From Chiloscyllium plagiosum (Eukaryota), in NCBI RefSeq assembly GCF_004010195.1, contig NC_057718.1, forward strand, positions 13,371,549-13,435,548: 64,000 nucleotides of DNA, read 5' to 3'. The position numbers were made by a program, and so were the translations under genes. The notes beneath the pieces were generated by a model, which was given only the letters and a program-made list of their open reading frames with translations, ran no database searches and was not told the DNA's origin. Positions within the stretch are counted from its first letter, which is position 1. Each line of letters opens with the position of its first letter. Below are positions 60,424 to 64,000 of this stretch, in pieces.

Positions 60424-63002
60424 TGAGTGAAAGAGTAGCAGACCCAATAGAGCTGCCACAAACATGGCGCGCTGAATGGCTTTCTCACTGCTGAGTAATC
60501 CTAAGCACCAACATATGTTAATTTAGCCTTTCAGTTCAAGTAAATTATAATGTTCTGTGTAATTCATTTACTCACTTGACTGAACTGAGAATCATTAAGA
60601 TCAGCGCAGAATCGTTACACACCATTTGTTTAAATTAGGTAGTCAATAATAAATTGAAAAAGAAACATTTACAATTTGATTAAAGTGAAAAGTTAAATAA
60701 CTATGTATGGTTTAAATAAATGTTAGTAAATAAATTGAACAGTTACATTTAAACTACTCAGTTATACTCTTCAAAATCATAAAGTCCTGAAAAATTAGCC
60801 ATTATCATAATCCCCGTGATACTAATGATGGTACTGAAATATATTGCCAAGAACTCAGAGTGGAAAATAAATAAATAATAGTTTATTATAAAGCTGTGCC
60901 TTCCAGTCAGAAGATGGCTGTTTGACATCCCAGTGCATGAATTGATTGCATGTAGGATTATGCTAATTCTCAACATTACCATAGCTGAAAGCGCAAAACA
61001 TTTGATTGTAGCCTTTAAGGTGAAATACGATGTAAATGAAGTGGTCTCAGCATGACAAAATGACATTTTTAAGAAAGCAATCTAGTTAAGGAAGCGGTCT
61101 TAAAATAGTTTATACATTATGTTAGGAACAAGATTGAGAAGAAAAAGTCAGTTACAGCGAGAGTTCTGAGATTGCTGATAAAAAAAAAATAAAACTGATG
61201 TCAAATCCGAATTCTCCTCATCCTTTCCCTGATTTGGTTTGCCAATGATCTCACATTTGTGTCCCCTGGTGACTAACGCTCCTGCCAGTGGAGATTTATT
61301 TGATCAAAATCTTTCAAAATTTTAAACATCTCCATTAAATATTGCCTTAATTTTCTGTGGAACAAGGAAATCGCTCATCCGTGGTGGAGTCTTCTATGAC
61401 TTTGAATTGTCCTTTGCAGTGACTTACCTGTCAGTTCTATCAAGTACTAGGCAACTATGGACAGGCAATAAACAGCACCACTAATGTGCATATCCAAATA
61501 ATTCATTTTCAAACAATGATCTAGGTGTCCCTCCCGGCTGAGGGACTGCTAGTTATATCGTTAAAGGTGCAATCTTTCAAACAAGACTTTAAAATTAGAA
61601 CTTGGTTGACATTCTAGTGGTCCATGAGGGAGTGAAAGGTGTCATTATGCTCTTCAAAGAAAATAAACAGACTTGCATTTATATAGCACCTTTCACAACC
61701 TCAGGACATCTCAAAGCATTTTACACTCGATGCTCCTGTGGCTCATTCAAAGAGCTTGCACAAACACAGTGGTTTCCTTTTGTTCTGCAGAATCCTATGA
61801 TATGTATCCACTTGACAGGTCAACCAACTGCGGGTCTGAAAGCTGATTGTCTTGTTTACTGCTTCAGCTCCTGAGTGGAATGTTGGAGATACTTTGGAGA
61901 ATTAGACAATGTGTTAAATAATATCACACACATTTCACATTTAGAGTTTGTTAGCACCTTTAACTTACTCATAATTTCACCTCTGGGGTAGACAGCTTCA
62001 AGATGAAATCTAAAATATTATGTCAACAGTTCCTGTTTTAGATCCTCTTTAGAATGTGATGTTTGAGTCTACACCTCAAGCACACATTGGTAACTGTATT
62101 TATCACATTGTTCTGGTTATCAGAAATCTCTTGACATTTTTGAGGTTGACAACATAACTTCACAATACTTGGTTAAATAAAGATCTTAACTGATTTACTG
62201 TTGTCAACTATCACATCAGCATGTGTAATCAGTACTGTATATTACTGCCATTAAGATGGAATAGTCTCATTTATCATCAGGGCATTTTAAGCTGGAAAGA
62301 GCCATAATGTTAGAGAAATGCCCCAGGCATTTTAAATGTGGATGGTATAAATAAGATTGCCCAATTATTCACCATTCACCAAGCTTCATGTATCATGTTC
62401 AAGCCACATATCTGACTTTTCAGATAGAATCATGAGCTCCTCTCCATTCTACAGGAACAAAACGGCCTTCAATTTGACTTTAGTTACTCCCCTTTCTCAC
62501 TGGTGAGGAATACTAACACAAAGTTAATGAGATAATAATTATTCTTATGGTCAAGGCAAACCATTACCTTTTAATATAACGCTATTGTTTACTTCCAGTT
62601 CTAGTAAATCAAGTGAAACCCTTTGGAACCAAATTCAGCTTAATCTCCCAGGAAAGAGAATTGAGAAGTGTGATCACATTCAGTTAGTTCATTGGTAGGA
62701 CTTATACACACAGATTCATTGAATCACAGAACGGCAACTGTGCAGATGGGTACTATTCAGCTCATCATGCTTGTAAGAGTATCTCATTTCGAGATATTCC
62801 CCTCCACCCCTCACCTCCTCAGTCCGGCAATTCTTATTTTCCCTTTCAGATAATTATCCAGATTTCTCTTTGGAAACAACAATTGAATCGTCCTCCACCA
62901 TATTCAAAGGTAGCTGCTAGCAGACTATCTTGAACAAATTGTCATGAGGTATGACTCAGAATAATTGAAAAAAAATTGCTGTTTTATAATTTACCCTCGT
63001 CC

Positions 63003-63160
63003 AAACCCAGCGTCAAAAATGGACACAATTCATCTTCAGGGTCTGAAGAGAAATTCTCCCATGATTGAAAAATAAAATTACTATTTTAATAAATTTATCC
63101 TTCTCTAAACCCAGCATCAAAAATGGACACAATTCATCTTCAGGGTCTGAAGAGAAATTC
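63003..63160. repeat. 54-bp direct repeat with 104-bp period
   Basis: aaacccagc(g/a)tcaaaaatggacacaattcatcttcagggtctgaagagaaattc at 63003-63056 and 63107-63160. Confidence 0.9.
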
Positions 63161-64000
63161 CCACAAAAGCTTTCATTTGAAAAATATACATTTATCTGTG
63201 TTCACGGGTGCCTTTAATAGAAAGATGATAAATTGAACTCAATAGCATCTCCTCACACTAAGCGAATTCTCTTCTTATGCCCTTTATCTGACCTATATCC
63301 TTGAACAAAGAAGCATTTTTTATCCTGCCAACAAAACCTTTAAGATTGTTGAAGTGTACAATAAACAAAAACAGTGTTGCACAGCACAAGATCTGCAGGT
63401 CAATCTGGCAAGAGTTGATTGTTCCATTCAACAGGCAAGTGATGCACTTTAATGACTAATCCAACACACAGCCAGTGTGCTTCTGCCACCCTAGCTTTTA
63501 CATAGAGGGCGAGAAGGTAGTTTTCTGGTTGGCCTCAAAGAAAACTTTGTAGTGAGTGGTTAGAATCTGGAATGCACGGTCTGAGAGCATGGCAAAGGCA
63601 GATTCAATCCTGGCTTTCAAATGGGAATTGGATTAACAAAAGAAAAGTAAGTCACAGGGAAGAGGAATGGGATTAGCTGTGGAGGGCTGTCATGGACTTG
63701 ATGGGTTAAATGTCCTCCTTCTGTGTCATAAACATGCGATGAACTTTAGGTGCTGGTAGTGCTTATCCTTATAAACACATTTACAGTAATAAAGGAAAAG
63801 AAGGATCATTGGGACTTGAAACATTAACTCCTTTTTCTTTCCACGGATGCTGCTGAATTTCTCCAGCATCTGCAGTTCTTGGTTTTATTTCACAGTGATA
63901 AATACTAGCACAATGCTTTCTAATTAAATAGCCCTGCTGTATTACACCCTTCACCCTGCATATGTTAAAGGGTAATTACGCCAAGACAGAACAGAGCTTA

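Noticed and set aside
63003..63160. CRISPR-like repeat-spacer array or hammerhead (CTGAAGA)
   Set aside because: Only two copies in a vertebrate context with no cas genes; no stem II followed by GAAA at the proper spacing.

Overview
Repeat-rich eukaryotic genomic DNA, most likely from a shark or other cartilaginous fish (inferred from HE1/V-SINE-like, Deu-domain and LF-SINE-like SINEs and abundant CR1 LINEs). The only host gene I can support is the 5' end of a minus-strand class A (rhodopsin-like) GPCR: exon 1 at 5905-5734 in a CpG island and exon 2 at 3616-3456, with later exons probably left of the window. The remaining ~58 kb is upstream intergenic DNA: decayed CR1 LINEs, SINEs, a Ty3/Gypsy relic, a probable solo LTR, Penelope-like (PLE) GIY-YIG fragments, a tRNA-Gly pseudogene and a 500-N gap. 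The most notable signal is a dispersed set of 120-300 bp non-autonomous PLE-derived insertions. They carry minimal hammerhead-ribozyme cores (CUGANGA-A-stem II-GAAA), are often fold-back palindromes, and have 9-15 bp target-site duplications (TSDs). Other points of interest: a tRNA-Gly+SINE composite inserted into a CR1, a strong-context uORF ending 2 nt before the GPCR ATG, multi-level nested insertions, and a young GC-rich 204-bp tandem unit with a cUUCGg hairpin. Repeat boundaries were read by eye and are approximate unless TSDs are given; family names come from recognition, not database searches.
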